A stretch of DNA of 64,000 nt from a virus (taxonomy: Duplodnaviria > Caudoviricetes): IMG/VR virus record IMGVR_UViG_3300020374_000001; one strand, written 5' to 3'. The position numbers were made by a program, and so were the translations under genes. The notes under the pieces were generated by a model. That model was given only the letters and a program-made list of their open reading frames with translations. It was not told the origin of the DNA and did not search any database. Below, piece by piece: positions 9,718 to 20,563 of the stretch (position 1 is its first letter; the number at the start of each line of letters is the position of its first letter).

Positions 9718-12700
9718 ATGTCAAGTCCAACAGACTTTAACCTCTCGCCTTACTATGATGACTTTGCGGAATCAAAGAAGTTTCATAGAATACTTTTTAG
9801 ACCAGCATTTGCTGTTCAGGCAAGAGAGTTAACACAATCACAAACAATCTTACAAGATCAGATTGAAAAATTAGGTGACCATTTCTTTGAAAAAGGTGCA
9901 ATGGTCATACCAGGTGAGATTGGTTTTGATTTAAATTACTATGCTGTAAAACTTTCAAGTATTGATAGTACAAATACTTTTTCACATTTCACAAACGGTA
10001 CAGAATTAACAGGATCAGTTTCAGGTATAACTGCAACAATTATTAATAAAGTTGCTACAGACGGAACAGATCCAGATACTTTATTTGTAAAATATAGTAA
10101 GTCAGGTGGAACAAATAAAAATCAATTTGCATTTTCTGATGGAGAAACAATCACAGGAACAAATAGTGATGGTACTGCTGTAACTGCAATTGTAAATACA
10201 ACTGCTACAGGTGCTGCTGCTCAAGTAAATGCAGGATCATATTACATAAACGGATTTTTAGTAACCGTTTCTGAACAAACAATAGTTTTAGACAAATATT
10301 CAAACACACCTAGTTATAGAGTAGGTTTATTAGTTACAGAATCTTTTGTAACTCCTACACAAGATAATACTTTAAATGATAATGCTCAAGGTGTTTCAAA
10401 TACAAACGCTCCAGGTGCTCATAGATTTAAAATAGATTTAACATTAACTAAAAAAGCTATTGGTGCTACAGATGACGCAAACTTTGTAGAGTTATTAAGA
10501 TTAAATCAAGGTATATTACAAAATCAAGTTAGAACAACTGAATACGCTGTATTAGAAGATACTTTTGCTCGTAGAACATATGACGAGTCAGGTGATTATT
10601 CTATAAGAGGTTTTGATTTAGATTTAAGAGAACATTTAATATCAGCAAACAATAGAGGAATTTATACTGCCGCTAATGGTGGATCAGAAAGTAAAATTGC
10701 TGCTGGTCTTGCACCAGGTAAAGCATATGTACGTGGATATGAAATTGAAACTATCGGTACTAGATATGTTGATGTAGATAAGGCAAGAGATTTTAATAAT
10801 CAAAATGCTTTCCCTACAAGATTTGATGTAGGTAACTTTGTTAATGTAACTAATGTTTTTAATACACCAGACTATGGTGCTGTTCCAGGTGAAACATTAG
10901 CATTTAGAAATTTACATTTATATAGTGAACCAACTGCTGTTCGTGGTACAGGTAACACAGGATCAGAAGCAAGTATCTATACAATAGGTCGTGCTAAAAC
11001 AAAAGGTTTTGAATATAAATCTGGTACTGCAACTGCAAACATTTATTCTAGTGCAGGATTAACAACAAGTGTATTTAAACATTATCTATTTGATATTAAT
11101 ATGTTTACACACTTGAACATTAATAGTAATGTTCAATTTACAAAAGGTGAAAAAATAACAGGAGATAATTCAGGTGCTACTGCTACGGTAGAGGACGCTT
11201 CAACTATTTCAGCAAAAGCAGTTTCATCTATTTCAATTGCAAGTCCAGGTGTTGCAAGTGCAACTGCTCACGGATTTAAAGAAGGACAACAAATAAAATT
11301 TAGTGCTATATCAGCACAAGATCAAACGGTTTCAATAACAACTAGTGATGTATTTACGGTAAGAAATCCAAATACAAACGATTTTGAATTATACAGAGCA
11401 GATGGTGTAACACCTACAAATATAAATCAATATACATCTTCAGGTAATGCTTTACACGGAGTTGTAGTTGTTTCAAGTGTTAATGGAGAATTTACTTCTG
11501 GAGAAGTTATTAGAGGTGCTGTTTCTACTTTAGACGCAACTATACAATCAGACGCTGTAGGATTTAAAGGTGTAAGAAGTTGGGACTTCTCATCTGTTAA
11601 ACAAGTTTATGGACCAGGAACAGCAACTTATAGTTCAGATACTTCTTTAGATACAGATGGAGAAAATGTTGTAATCTCTGGTCAATTAGATATTGCAAAT
11701 GGTAGTGATGCTGTAACAGGTGTTAATACAAGATTTACAACTGAATTAAAAATAGGTGATTCTATTTCATTTACAAACGATAGTGGTACAACTGAAGTAA
11801 AAAGAATAGAAGCAATTATTTCAGATAATAGTTTAACTTTAGGTTCTAATGTTGCTGCCGCTTCAACTAAAACCGTTGCAACAAGACGAAGAGCAAAATT
11901 ACAAGACTCAAACAAAAACATTTCTATATTTAAATTACCATATGATAATATTAAAACATTAAAAACTGCTAGTAATTCAAATATTACAGATACAAGTTTT
12001 GCTGTTAGAAGAGCATTCGTTGTAACTTTATCAGGTGGTTCTGGTCAGATTACTGCAGGAACAAATGAATCATTTCCTTCTAGTGCAAGTGATTCAGATT
12101 ATTTAATTGCAATAGATGATGTTGGAAGTGCAACTGCTGGTGCTACTGGAGATGTATTAACTACAATAGGAAATAACCACGATGGTAATCCTATATTTAC
12201 TCAACCATCAGGTAATGGAACAAGTGTATTTGATTTTGGTTCTAATTATGCCAACGCAAAAATAAAAATAATTGCAACCGTAAATAGATCAACTGCTGGT
12301 TCTAAATCAAAAACTTTAGTTTCTGGTTCTACTAAAGATGTAACTTCTTTAGCAGATTGTATTAAACAAGGCGGAATAAATTTAAGTAAGGCAGACATTT
12401 ATCAATTAACAAGTGTTAAAATGGCAACTTCTTTTGGTGCTTATAGTACCTCAGGTGAAGTTGATATTACAGAAAGATACGAATTAGATAACGGACAAAG
12501 AGATAACTATTACGATCAAGGTAGAATTAAATTAAAAACAGGTGAGTTAGAACCAACAGGTTCATTAAGAATTATGTTTGATTTCTTTACTCACGGTTCT
12601 GGAGATTACTTTGATGTTGACTCTTATACAGGAGTTGTAGATTATGCAAATATACCTAGTTATAGTTCAGATACAACAGGTAAAACTTTTGAGTTAAGAG

Positions 12701-15700
12701 ATTGTTTAGATTTTAGACCTAGAGTTGCAGATAACTCAACTATAAATGCAGGTGAATTTGATAGAGATTTTGATACAGGTCAAAACGCTTCTGTTTTAGA
12801 TGTTGTTAAATTTGGAACAGATATAACTACTGACTTTGAGTATTACTTACCTAGAATAGATAAAATATTTTTAGATAAAGAAGGTGCATTTAAAGTAGTA
12901 AAAGGTGCAAGTGCTTTAGATCCACAAGTTCCTAAAACTTTAGATGGCGCAATGCACCTATACACTTTAGATATTCCTGCTTACACTTTATCAACAGACG
13001 ATATAAAAATTACACAAGTTGATAATAGAAGATATACAATGAGAGATATTGGTAAACTAGAAAGTAGAATTGAAAACGTAGAATACTATACTCAATTATC
13101 TTTACTAGAAACACAGGCACAGAATTTACAAATACAAGACGCTGCTGGTTTTGATAGATTTAAAAACGGATTTATTGTAGATAACTTTACAGGTCACGGT
13201 GTAGGTGATCCTAAAAATAGAGATTACAAAGCGGCAATGGATATGGCGCAAGGTCAATTAAGACCTACTTTTAATGAAGACGCTGTTAAATTAATTGAGG
13301 CAGACGAAGACGGTACTGCTATATTATCAGCAGATAGAACGGCTGCAAGTTATCAAAAGACTGGAGATTGTTTAACTTTACCATATACAGAAACAACTTT
13401 AATAGATCAACCTTTTGCAAGTAAAACGGTTAATGTTAATCCATTTGACGTATTTAATTGGTCAGGTACTATTGAATTAACACCACCATCAGACGAGTGG
13501 AAAGAAACAAATAGAGCACCACAATTAGTTATTAATAATACAGGTGCATTTGATAGTTTAGTTTCAGGTTTACCTCAAAGTCAACAAAATCAAGGTATAG
13601 AAATAGGATCAATATGGAATGATTGGCAAGATTTTTGGACAGGTACTCCAAGAGATGTTTCAAGTAGAGATGTTTCAGGTAATCAAAGAAGTGGTAGAAG
13701 AATTTTTAGAAATACAGAAATTACATCTTCTCAACAAGTTAATCAAACTAGAACAGGTGTAAGACAAAGATTAGTTCCTCAAACGGTTAGAAATAATATT
13801 GGTGATAGAATAGTTAATGTTGCATTTGTTCCGTTTATAAGAAGTAGAACATTATCATTTACTGGTACTAGAATGAAACCTAATACTAGAGTTTATGCTT
13901 TTTTTGATGATGTTAATATATCCACTTATGTAACTCCATCATCTGGTGCAAATTTAGATACAGATAATAATGGTTCTGTATCAGGTACATTTACAATACC
14001 TGATCCTGCAGACAACTCAAATCCTAGATGGAGAACAGGTACAAGAGTATTCAGATTAACTAGTAATCAAAATGATAGTAGAAATGATGTTGAAACTTCA
14101 GCAGAAACAGATTATGTTGCTAGAGGTATTTTAGAAACGGTACAAAATACAATTATTTCAACAAGAGAACCACAACTTGTTAGAACAGATACAAGCGAAA
14201 CTAGATCAATTACTAGAACGTCAACTAGATCATCAACAAGAACAATTGGTTGGACTGATCCATTAGCACAAACTTTCTTAATAGATGATGTCGGTGGTGT
14301 ATTCTTAACATCAATGGATATGTATTTTGGAAGTAAAGATTCAAATATACCTATAACTTTACAAATAAGAGAAGTTGTAAATGGTTATCCTGGATCAGTA
14401 ATATTACCTTTTTCAGAAAAGACTTTAAATCCTAGTGCTGTAAATACAAGTACAGATGGTACAACTGCAACAACATTTACATTTGATTCTCCTGTTTACA
14501 TACAAGAGAATACAGAATATTGTTTTGTATTATTAGCAAACTCAAATAACTATACTGCTTATGTTGGAAGACTAGGTGAAAAAGTATTAGGTTCTGATAG
14601 AACAATATCTCAACAACCTTATGCAGGTGTTATGTTTAAATCACAAAACGGTTCAACTTGGACTGCTGAACAAAACGAAGATGTTAAATTTAAAATTAAA
14701 AGAGCAGAATTTAGTAATGTAACTGGTACTGCTACTTTAGTAAATGAAAGTTTGCCTGTTAAGACACTTAAAAATAATCCTATTAGAACATTGTCAGATA
14801 GTTCGGCAACTTTAAGAGTATCACATCCTAACCACGGTATGCACGGTACAAGTAATAATGTAACTATCGGAGGAGTTCCTACAGGTGGTGCTTTAAACGG
14901 ATTAAGTGCCGATCAAATTAACGGAACATACACTCAAATTTCAAACGTAACTTTAGATAGTTACGATATTAATCCATCACATAATACTTCTTTCACAGGA
15001 TCAATTGTAAATCCTAGTCAATCAGGTGATATTGGTTCAAATGCTGTAACAGCAACACAAAACAGATTATATGATGTATTAAATTTAAGTTTACAAACTA
15101 TGACCGTTGCAGGAACAAATATTTCTTATACAATAAGACCTACAACAGGTAGATCAATAAGTGGAAGTGAATCAGAATTTAGTTTAACAAGTTCAGGTAG
15201 TGCTGAAAATGTTATTGCAAATGACAACATTTATTTTACAGCACCTCAAATGGTTGCAAGTTCTATAAATGAAACAAATGAAATGACAGGAAATAAATCT
15301 TTATTTGTAAATTGTGTTATGTCAACTTCAAATACAAAAGTTTCTCCTGTTATAGATTTACAAAGAGTTAGTGCATTTACAATTCAAAACAGAATAAATC
15401 AACCGAGTGTAAGTGATGTTAATTATGTTTCAGATACAACTAATGTTGGTACATCATCTGCTGCTTCATACTTAACTAAACCAGTTATACTAGAAAATTT
15501 ATCTACTGCTATTGACGTAAGATTAACTTCTAATATAAGATCAACTTCAAGTGTAGAAGTTTATTTTAGAACAACATCTTCCGAAGAGGCAAGAAATATA
15601 AACGATTTAAGTTGGATTCCATTTAACACAACAGGTACTTCGGATACAACGGTTACACCTGCTGAAGATAATGAAACATTTAAAGAATACAAATATTCTG

Positions 15701-15813
15701 TATCAGGATTAAATGAGTTTACTGCATTTCAAATTAAAATTGTTATGAAAGGAACAAACTCAGCATATGCACCTGTTATAAAAGATATGAGAGGAATTGC
15801 ATTGGCGGTATAA
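9718..15813 (+). CDS. Large virion structural protein (VrlC/DUF4815-like)
   Basis: PYYDDF..ILFRP..VQARELTQ, APGAHR, RRTYDESGDY, RRYTMRDIGKLE, DPLAQTF motifs typical of marine T4-like phages; 2031 aa. Confidence 0.85.
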   Translation: MSSPTDFNLSPYYDDFAESKKFHRILFRPAFAVQARELTQSQTILQDQIEKLGDHFFEKGAMVIPGEIGFDLNYYAVKLSSIDSTNTFSHFTNGTELTGSVSGITATIINKVATDGTDPDTLFVKYSKSGGTNKNQFAFSDGETITGTNSDGTAVTAIVNTTATGAAAQVNAGSYYINGFLVTVSEQTIVLDKYSNTPSYRVGLLVTESFVTPTQDNTLNDNAQGVSNTNAPGAHRFKIDLTLTKKAIGATDDANFVELLRLNQGILQNQVRTTEYAVLEDTFARRTYDESGDYSIRGFDLDLREHLISANNRGIYTAANGGSESKIAAGLAPGKAYVRGYEIETIGTRYVDVDKARDFNNQNAFPTRFDVGNFVNVTNVFNTPDYGAVPGETLAFRNLHLYSEPTAVRGTGNTGSEASIYTIGRAKTKGFEYKSGTATANIYSSAGLTTSVFKHYLFDINMFTHLNINSNVQFTKGEKITGDNSGATATVEDASTISAKAVSSISIASPGVASATAHGFKEGQQIKFSAISAQDQTVSITTSDVFTVRNPNTNDFELYRADGVTPTNINQYTSSGNALHGVVVVSSVNGEFTSGEVIRGAVSTLDATIQSDAVGFKGVRSWDFSSVKQVYGPGTATYSSDTSLDTDGENVVISGQLDIANGSDAVTGVNTRFTTELKIGDSISFTNDSGTTEVKRIEAIISDNSLTLGSNVAAASTKTVATRRRAKLQDSNKNISIFKLPYDNIKTLKTASNSNITDTSFAVRRAFVVTLSGGSGQITAGTNESFPSSASDSDYLIAIDDVGSATAGATGDVLTTIGNNHDGNPIFTQPSGNGTSVFDFGSNYANAKIKIIATVNRSTAGSKSKTLVSGSTKDVTSLADCIKQGGINLSKADIYQLTSVKMATSFGAYSTSGEVDITERYELDNGQRDNYYDQGRIKLKTGELEPTGSLRIMFDFFTHGSGDYFDVDSYTGVVDYANIPSYSSDTTGKTFELRDCLDFRPRVADNSTINAGEFDRDFDTGQNASVLDVVKFGTDITTDFEYYLPRIDKIFLDKEGAFKVVKGASALDPQVPKTLDGAMHLYTLDIPAYTLSTDDIKITQVDNRRYTMRDIGKLESRIENVEYYTQLSLLETQAQNLQIQDAAGFDRFKNGFIVDNFTGHGVGDPKNRDYKAAMDMAQGQLRPTFNEDAVKLIEADEDGTAILSADRTAASYQKTGDCLTLPYTETTLIDQPFASKTVNVNPFDVFNWSGTIELTPPSDEWKETNRAPQLVINNTGAFDSLVSGLPQSQQNQGIEIGSIWNDWQDFWTGTPRDVSSRDVSGNQRSGRRIFRNTEITSSQQVNQTRTGVRQRLVPQTVRNNIGDRIVNVAFVPFIRSRTLSFTGTRMKPNTRVYAFFDDVNISTYVTPSSGANLDTDNNGSVSGTFTIPDPADNSNPRWRTGTRVFRLTSNQNDSRNDVETSAETDYVARGILETVQNTIISTREPQLVRTDTSETRSITRTSTRSSTRTIGWTDPLAQTFLIDDVGGVFLTSMDMYFGSKDSNIPITLQIREVVNGYPGSVILPFSEKTLNPSAVNTSTDGTTATTFTFDSPVYIQENTEYCFVLLANSNNYTAYVGRLGEKVLGSDRTISQQPYAGVMFKSQNGSTWTAEQNEDVKFKIKRAEFSNVTGTATLVNESLPVKTLKNNPIRTLSDSSATLRVSHPNHGMHGTSNNVTIGGVPTGGALNGLSADQINGTYTQISNVTLDSYDINPSHNTSFTGSIVNPSQSGDIGSNAVTATQNRLYDVLNLSLQTMTVAGTNISYTIRPTTGRSISGSESEFSLTSSGSAENVIANDNIYFTAPQMVASSINETNEMTGNKSLFVNCVMSTSNTKVSPVIDLQRVSAFTIQNRINQPSVSDVNYVSDTTNVGTSSAASYLTKPVILENLSTAIDVRLTSNIRSTSSVEVYFRTTSSEEARNINDLSWIPFNTTGTSDTTVTPAEDNETFKEYKYSVSGLNEFTAFQIKIVMKGTNSAYAPVIKDMRGIALAV

Positions 15814-15814
15814 T

Positions 15815-16036
15815 ATGAGTAGATTTTTAAAAGTTGAAGGATTTGAAAACATAGTAAGAGATACATCTTCTAATGCTATTATTTCAAATAATAAAACTGA
15901 ATATCAAATCTATATGCAAAGAGTTAAACAAAGAGAATCACAAGGCGATAAATTAAGAAATGTCTGTAAGGAGATAAATAGTTTAAAGGCAGAATTAAAA
16001 GAGATAAAAGATTTAATATTAAAAGGTAAAAAATAA
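15815..16036 (+). CDS. Small coiled-coil hypothetical protein
   Basis: ATG 15815 one nt after the upstream stop; KVEG..IVRD..SNAII then heptad pattern. Confidence 0.75.
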   Translation: MSRFLKVEGFENIVRDTSSNAIISNNKTEYQIYMQRVKQRESQGDKLRNVCKEINSLKAELKEIKDLILKGKK

Positions 16037-16905
16037 TGGCTGTAAAATTTATAGCAGAAACAGATACACTAGAACAATTTAGACTGGAGTTTAACGACTT
16101 ATCAGCAAATCAATTCGGTGATATTGCAAACCTATCAGGTTCTATTAGTGCGTCTAATTTAGTTGACGCTATGAACGAAACTATTAGTATTGCAACATCA
16201 ACTGCTGGGTGGACAATTGCTGATGATACTTCAACTACACAGATTGTTGGTGGTGGTGATACTTTAACGGTTTTAGGTACTGCTAATCAAATACAGACGG
16301 TTGTATCTCCGCAAGATACAATTCAATTTTCTTTTCCTAATAATGTAACTATACCAAATAGTTTAACTGCTTTAGGTTCTACACATACTTTTGGAACGGT
16401 TGAAATTAGTGGAAATAATATTAGATCAGTTGATACTAATATGTTATCTGTTTTAGATACATTAAGAGTTAGTCAATTAGATACAGGTAGTGGATTATTA
16501 TCAATTGCTGAAGCGTCTAGTATACCTAAATTTACTTCTTCAGCAGCTGGCAAGGCATTAACTTTTGACGCTGTACCTCTTTTCAATAGTTCAGTTGAGT
16601 TTGATGGTGCTACTGCAGGTACATTTAAAACTACGGTAACTGCAACAGACCCAACAGCAAATAATACAATTACACTTCCAGATATTACTGGTACGGTAAT
16701 TACAACAGGCGATACTGGTACAATAACAAGTACAATGATTGCGCCTGGTACATTAACAGGAAGTGATCTTGCAGACGATTCTATTGGTGAGGCTAAAATT
16801 GCTGATGACGCTGTAGGACAAGATCAACTTAAATCAGTTGTAAACTTACAAATACTAAACTCATCTGGAGGAGTTTTAAAATCAATATATGGCGCTGGTG
16901 CATAA
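16036..16905 (+). CDS. Putative virion structural/fibre protein
   Basis: T/S/G-rich, TDTLEQFR N-terminus, DPTANNTITLPD shaft motif. Confidence 0.65.
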   Translation: MAVKFIAETDTLEQFRLEFNDLSANQFGDIANLSGSISASNLVDAMNETISIATSTAGWTIADDTSTTQIVGGGDTLTVLGTANQIQTVVSPQDTIQFSFPNNVTIPNSLTALGSTHTFGTVEISGNNIRSVDTNMLSVLDTLRVSQLDTGSGLLSIAEASSIPKFTSSAAGKALTFDAVPLFNSSVEFDGATAGTFKTTVTATDPTANNTITLPDITGTVITTGDTGTITSTMIAPGTLTGSDLADDSIGEAKIADDAVGQDQLKSVVNLQILNSSGGVLKSIYGAGA

Positions 16906-16915
16906 TTAGAAGTCG

Positions 16916-16923
16916 TATAAGTA
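16916..16923 (+). promoter_or_regulatory. Late promoter variant TATAAGTA
   Basis: One mismatch; same variant recurs intergenically at 49639 and 55159. Confidence 0.65.
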
Positions 16924-16941
16924 TATGAGAAAGAATATATT

Positions 16942-17886
16942 ATGGCAGTAAGATCACCTTTAAAAAACGATAGTGGAAACGTCAAAGAGATGACCTCAGC
17001 AGAGGTGGATCAAATTGTAGATCAAGTCGTTTATCAATATTCATTAAATCCAAGTGTATCATTATCAGTTGTATCTTCAGGTGGTAATTTAGGTTCTATT
17101 TCAGATACTAGATTACAGGCAGGTGCTATGATACAAACTAATAGTTCTTTCCCTCCTGAATCATCTACAGCAGAACCTTCAGTAGTTACGGTTACATATG
17201 ATAAAATTAGTCAATCAATTGCAAGTGTAAGTCCAACAGGTGATACAGGTAAAACTTGGCCTGCATATTATAACGCAAGTGGCAATATTCAAGCAATGAG
17301 TTTACAAGATGTTAAAGATACTTTTTTACATCCTGCAATAAATTTATTAACTGCTGCTACAACAACTTCTCAACAAGCAGGAACGTATCATATTACCACA
17401 ACTTCTAGTGTTTCAGGATCAACTTTAGTAAGTGGAACGCCAATATTTTTAGATACAAGAGCAGACACTTCAGCATATACAAACGCTGGTTTAGAAAGCG
17501 CTTCTGGTGAAACTTTAGATCAACCTACTACAATTACAAGTTTTTATTTACAAAGAGTTGATGGATCAAATACATCATATATAAAACCTTTTTATATAAA
17601 TGCTCAAAATCACTTACAAGAATTTGCTGGTGGAACATTTGAATCTTTAGTACAAGGTTGGATAAGAGCAACAGCGGCGTCTTCTAATGATGGTTTTAAA
17701 TTAGATTACAATTTAGGTACAAGTGGAACAGGTAATATAAGAGGTTCAGGTATGAGTGATACTAGATTAAACGGAACAGGTAATTACCAAACAAGACAAG
17801 TAAGTGATGATTATAGAGCACAAGAATTTCCAGACGGAACACCAACATCAATTAACACATATTATTTGAGAATAAGAAAATCGTAA
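16942..17886 (+). CDS. Putative virion structural protein
   Basis: S/T-rich, internal repeats (NVKEMT/NIQAMS/HLQEF; DTRL), late promoter. Confidence 0.65.
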   Translation: MAVRSPLKNDSGNVKEMTSAEVDQIVDQVVYQYSLNPSVSLSVVSSGGNLGSISDTRLQAGAMIQTNSSFPPESSTAEPSVVTVTYDKISQSIASVSPTGDTGKTWPAYYNASGNIQAMSLQDVKDTFLHPAINLLTAATTTSQQAGTYHITTTSSVSGSTLVSGTPIFLDTRADTSAYTNAGLESASGETLDQPTTITSFYLQRVDGSNTSYIKPFYINAQNHLQEFAGGTFESLVQGWIRATAASSNDGFKLDYNLGTSGTGNIRGSGMSDTRLNGTGNYQTRQVSDDYRAQEFPDGTPTSINTYYLRIRKS

Positions 17887-17895
17887 TGAAAAACA

Positions 17896-18636
17896 ATGAA
17901 TATATTATTAACAGGCAGTGAAGGCTTCATAGGTCAACACATTCAATCATTTTTAAAAGACAAACATAATCTAATTTGTATAGATAAAAAAACAGGTAAT
18001 GATTTACTTACTTGTGATTTAGACTATGATGTAGATTTAGTAATACATCTAGCAGGTTTATCAGGTGTAAGAGATAGTTTAGATAATCCTGTTGAGTATT
18101 GGACAAATAATGTAGTTGCAAGTCATAGAGTCTTTAAACAATTTAAAAACGGTCCTAAAATATTATATGCGAGTTCATCTACTGCTAGAGAACCTTGGCG
18201 TAATCCATATGCAATGAGTAAGTTTTATATGGAAACAATTGCACCACATAATGCTTTAGGTATGAGATTTACAACCGTTTATGGTCCAAATGCTAGAGAG
18301 CAAATGTTAATACCAAAAATTTTAAGAGATGATGTTTCTTATATTAACGTAGATCATAGTAGAGATTTTATACACGTTGAAGATATATTAACTGCTATAG
18401 GTTTTTTAATAGTTAATAAACCACCTAGAAAAAGAAAAGTTATAGATGTTGGTACAGGTGTTTCTCATAATTTATTGGATATTTTATCTCATCTAAATAT
18501 AGACGTAAAAGATAAGAGAATGGGAACAATGTTTGAGAGAAAAGATAATAAGGCACAGATTGGTGTATTATCTGAAATGGGTTGGATTCCAAAAACAAAC
18601 TTACTAGATTACTTAAAGGAAAATTATGATAACTAA
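17896..18636 (+). CDS. NAD-dependent nucleotide-sugar epimerase/dehydratase
   Basis: TGSEGFIG Rossmann motif, HLAG, YASSS, YAMSK catalytic YxxxK, RDFIHV. Confidence 0.93.
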   Translation: MNILLTGSEGFIGQHIQSFLKDKHNLICIDKKTGNDLLTCDLDYDVDLVIHLAGLSGVRDSLDNPVEYWTNNVVASHRVFKQFKNGPKILYASSSTAREPWRNPYAMSKFYMETIAPHNALGMRFTTVYGPNAREQMLIPKILRDDVSYINVDHSRDFIHVEDILTAIGFLIVNKPPRKRKVIDVGTGVSHNLLDILSHLNIDVKDKRMGTMFERKDNKAQIGVLSEMGWIPKTNLLDYLKENYDN

Positions 18637-19105
18637 AGAAAACTTAATTGGTGCTTATTTTATAGATAACGATAGACAAAATATAGAAATATTAACAACA
18701 AGCGAAGATAAAAAACAAATTATACCTACTATAATACCTTTTGATGAAAACAATCCTTCATTTAAAGAATTAACAAGTGTAATAACCGTTGATGATCTAC
18801 ACGAAAACACATACCAAAAAAAGAAACAAGAGCAAAAAATCTTTGAAACAAAAGTTATGGAGATTGCAAAAAAAGATGGATTGTTAGTAGATGATACTAA
18901 AATAGATAGTAAGTATTATAATAAATTAGTTTCAGCAATATTTACCGATCCTGATAATGAAGATCAATTATTTGCTTTAAAAATAGCATTATTTGAATTA
19001 GAAAAAATTAAAGATTCTAAAAATAATGAAATGAAAAAAAAATTAAGACAATCTAAAAATAAGATTGATACACTTAAAGTTGCTTTTGAGATAATAAGTA
19101 ATTAG
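18626..19105 (+). CDS. Hypothetical protein
   Basis: 159-aa ORF coupled to the epimerase. Confidence 0.7.
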   Translation: MITKENLIGAYFIDNDRQNIEILTTSEDKKQIIPTIIPFDENNPSFKELTSVITVDDLHENTYQKKKQEQKIFETKVMEIAKKDGLLVDDTKIDSKYYNKLVSAIFTDPDNEDQLFALKIALFELEKIKDSKNNEMKKKLRQSKNKIDTLKVAFEIISN

Positions 19106-19652
19106 ACCACCAACCATTCCAACCTTCTTCTAGTATGTGGTGCATTTGACCTAAAGTTACTATACTATAATCTTTTGGTTTTTCATAGATATAATTTTTT
19201 ATAGACGGACAAATTTTATCATAAGTTTCATATACAATTTGTTTATAATAAAATTCATCACTACCTTTATTATATACTTTTAAATATTCTGTATCATTTG
19301 ATTTAAACTTATCCCATATCCAAGACTTATCTCCTGTCCAAGATACAATAGATGAGTTTAACGGCGTATGTGCTGGTTCTCTCCACCAACTATCATCTAA
19401 TAGTGTAAATTCTTTTCTAATTAAATTAGGTAGTTTGTCATAGATAATAACATCTAAATCAAAGTATAAGTTTTCTCCATCTCTAAACTTATCATACATT
19501 TGAAGTTTATTATACCAATTACCATAGATGTCATTTTCAATAACCTCAAAACTATCGTAAGATAATCCTGAATAGTTATCTATCATATGTTTAAGATTTT
19601 TTACGTGCCAATCTGTAAACTTTGTACCAAATCTACAACAAATTATTCTCAT
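19074..19652 (-). CDS. GT-A fold glycosyltransferase (GT8-like)
   Basis: WYNKLQMY, LYFDLDVII (DxD), NSSIVSW. Confidence 0.75.
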   Translation of the reverse strand: MRIICCRFGTKFTDWHVKNLKHMIDNYSGLSYDSFEVIENDIYGNWYNKLQMYDKFRDGENLYFDLDVIIYDKLPNLIRKEFTLLDDSWWREPAHTPLNSSIVSWTGDKSWIWDKFKSNDTEYLKVYNKGSDEFYYKQIVYETYDKICPSIKNYIYEKPKDYSIVTLGQMHHILEEGWNGWWSNYLLSQKQL

Positions 19653-20563
19653 TTTATTTCAGTAATTTTTATGCCTCTATTGTTAAAAGAGTTTATTTTA
19701 AAATCAGCATTTTCTGGAAGTATATGTTCTACACCATATGGGTCTTTAACTTTTGTATTACCTTTGCCTTCTATATTAACTATCTTTGCTTTTCTCATAG
19801 GTAAACCAGTTCTCTTATGTGTTTCTTGTTCAGTTAAAGTAATTTTACTTCCGTTGGCTGCACCTATCATTAATTCTTTTTCATCTGATTCCCAACGCTC
19901 TCTTCCTTCTTGTCCATAACCTATACCTAATCCATAGGTAATTTTTTTTCTACCTGCTTCAACGTCTTCTAGTATGCCTAATCTTTTTTCCCAAAAATTA
20001 TCATTATCTAAATCATTATGATTTTTATTAAATCCTGTATCATAACCCATTTTAGCAGCCGCCCTTGCTGTCAAACCCATTGATATACCGATACTTACAT
20101 AAGCATTTAACCATCTCTCGTGGTGGGTGTTTTCTTTTAATGTACCATCAGCGTTAGAGTTCATTTGTGTGTTAGGTTCTTTTGCAATCCACATAATATA
20201 AACACTTGCATTTGCTTGTGAGTTTCTCCAAGTAGATGGTGGATTTCTTCTATGAGTATTGCCCCACGTGTATTTGTATAATTCTTCTATAACTTTTCTA
20301 TCATCTGTATAATACAAATCAAAATATCCTTCATATTGTTTTGACGGAGTATTTGTAGCAACCCATAATAATTCTTCTAAATTTTGTTTTCTGTCTTTTT
20401 CATTTTTTGAATTATACTTTTCATAATCCCAATTTCGTTGGACCTTTTGTATCTTACCCATTATTTGTCTTTCAAAATCCCAATTGTAGGTTTTTGCCAT
20501 ATACTTTCGCATAAAGTCTTCTTTAACTTCTAATGTGTGCTTAAATATTTTTTTAATCGCCAT
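19649..20563 (-). CDS. Nitroreductase-like flavoprotein
   Basis: QRNWD, LLWVATNTPSKQ, VSIGISMG..AAAKMGYDTGF pattern of the FMN nitroreductase fold. Confidence 0.65.
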   Translation of the reverse strand: MAIKKIFKHTLEVKEDFMRKYMAKTYNWDFERQIMGKIQKVQRNWDYEKYNSKNEKDRKQNLEELLWVATNTPSKQYEGYFDLYYTDDRKVIEELYKYTWGNTHRRNPPSTWRNSQANASVYIMWIAKEPNTQMNSNADGTLKENTHHERWLNAYVSIGISMGLTARAAAKMGYDTGFNKNHNDLDNDNFWEKRLGILEDVEAGRKKITYGLGIGYGQEGRERWESDEKELMIGAANGSKITLTEQETHKRTGLPMRKAKIVNIEGKGNTKVKDPYGVEHILPENADFKINSFNNRGIKITEIK

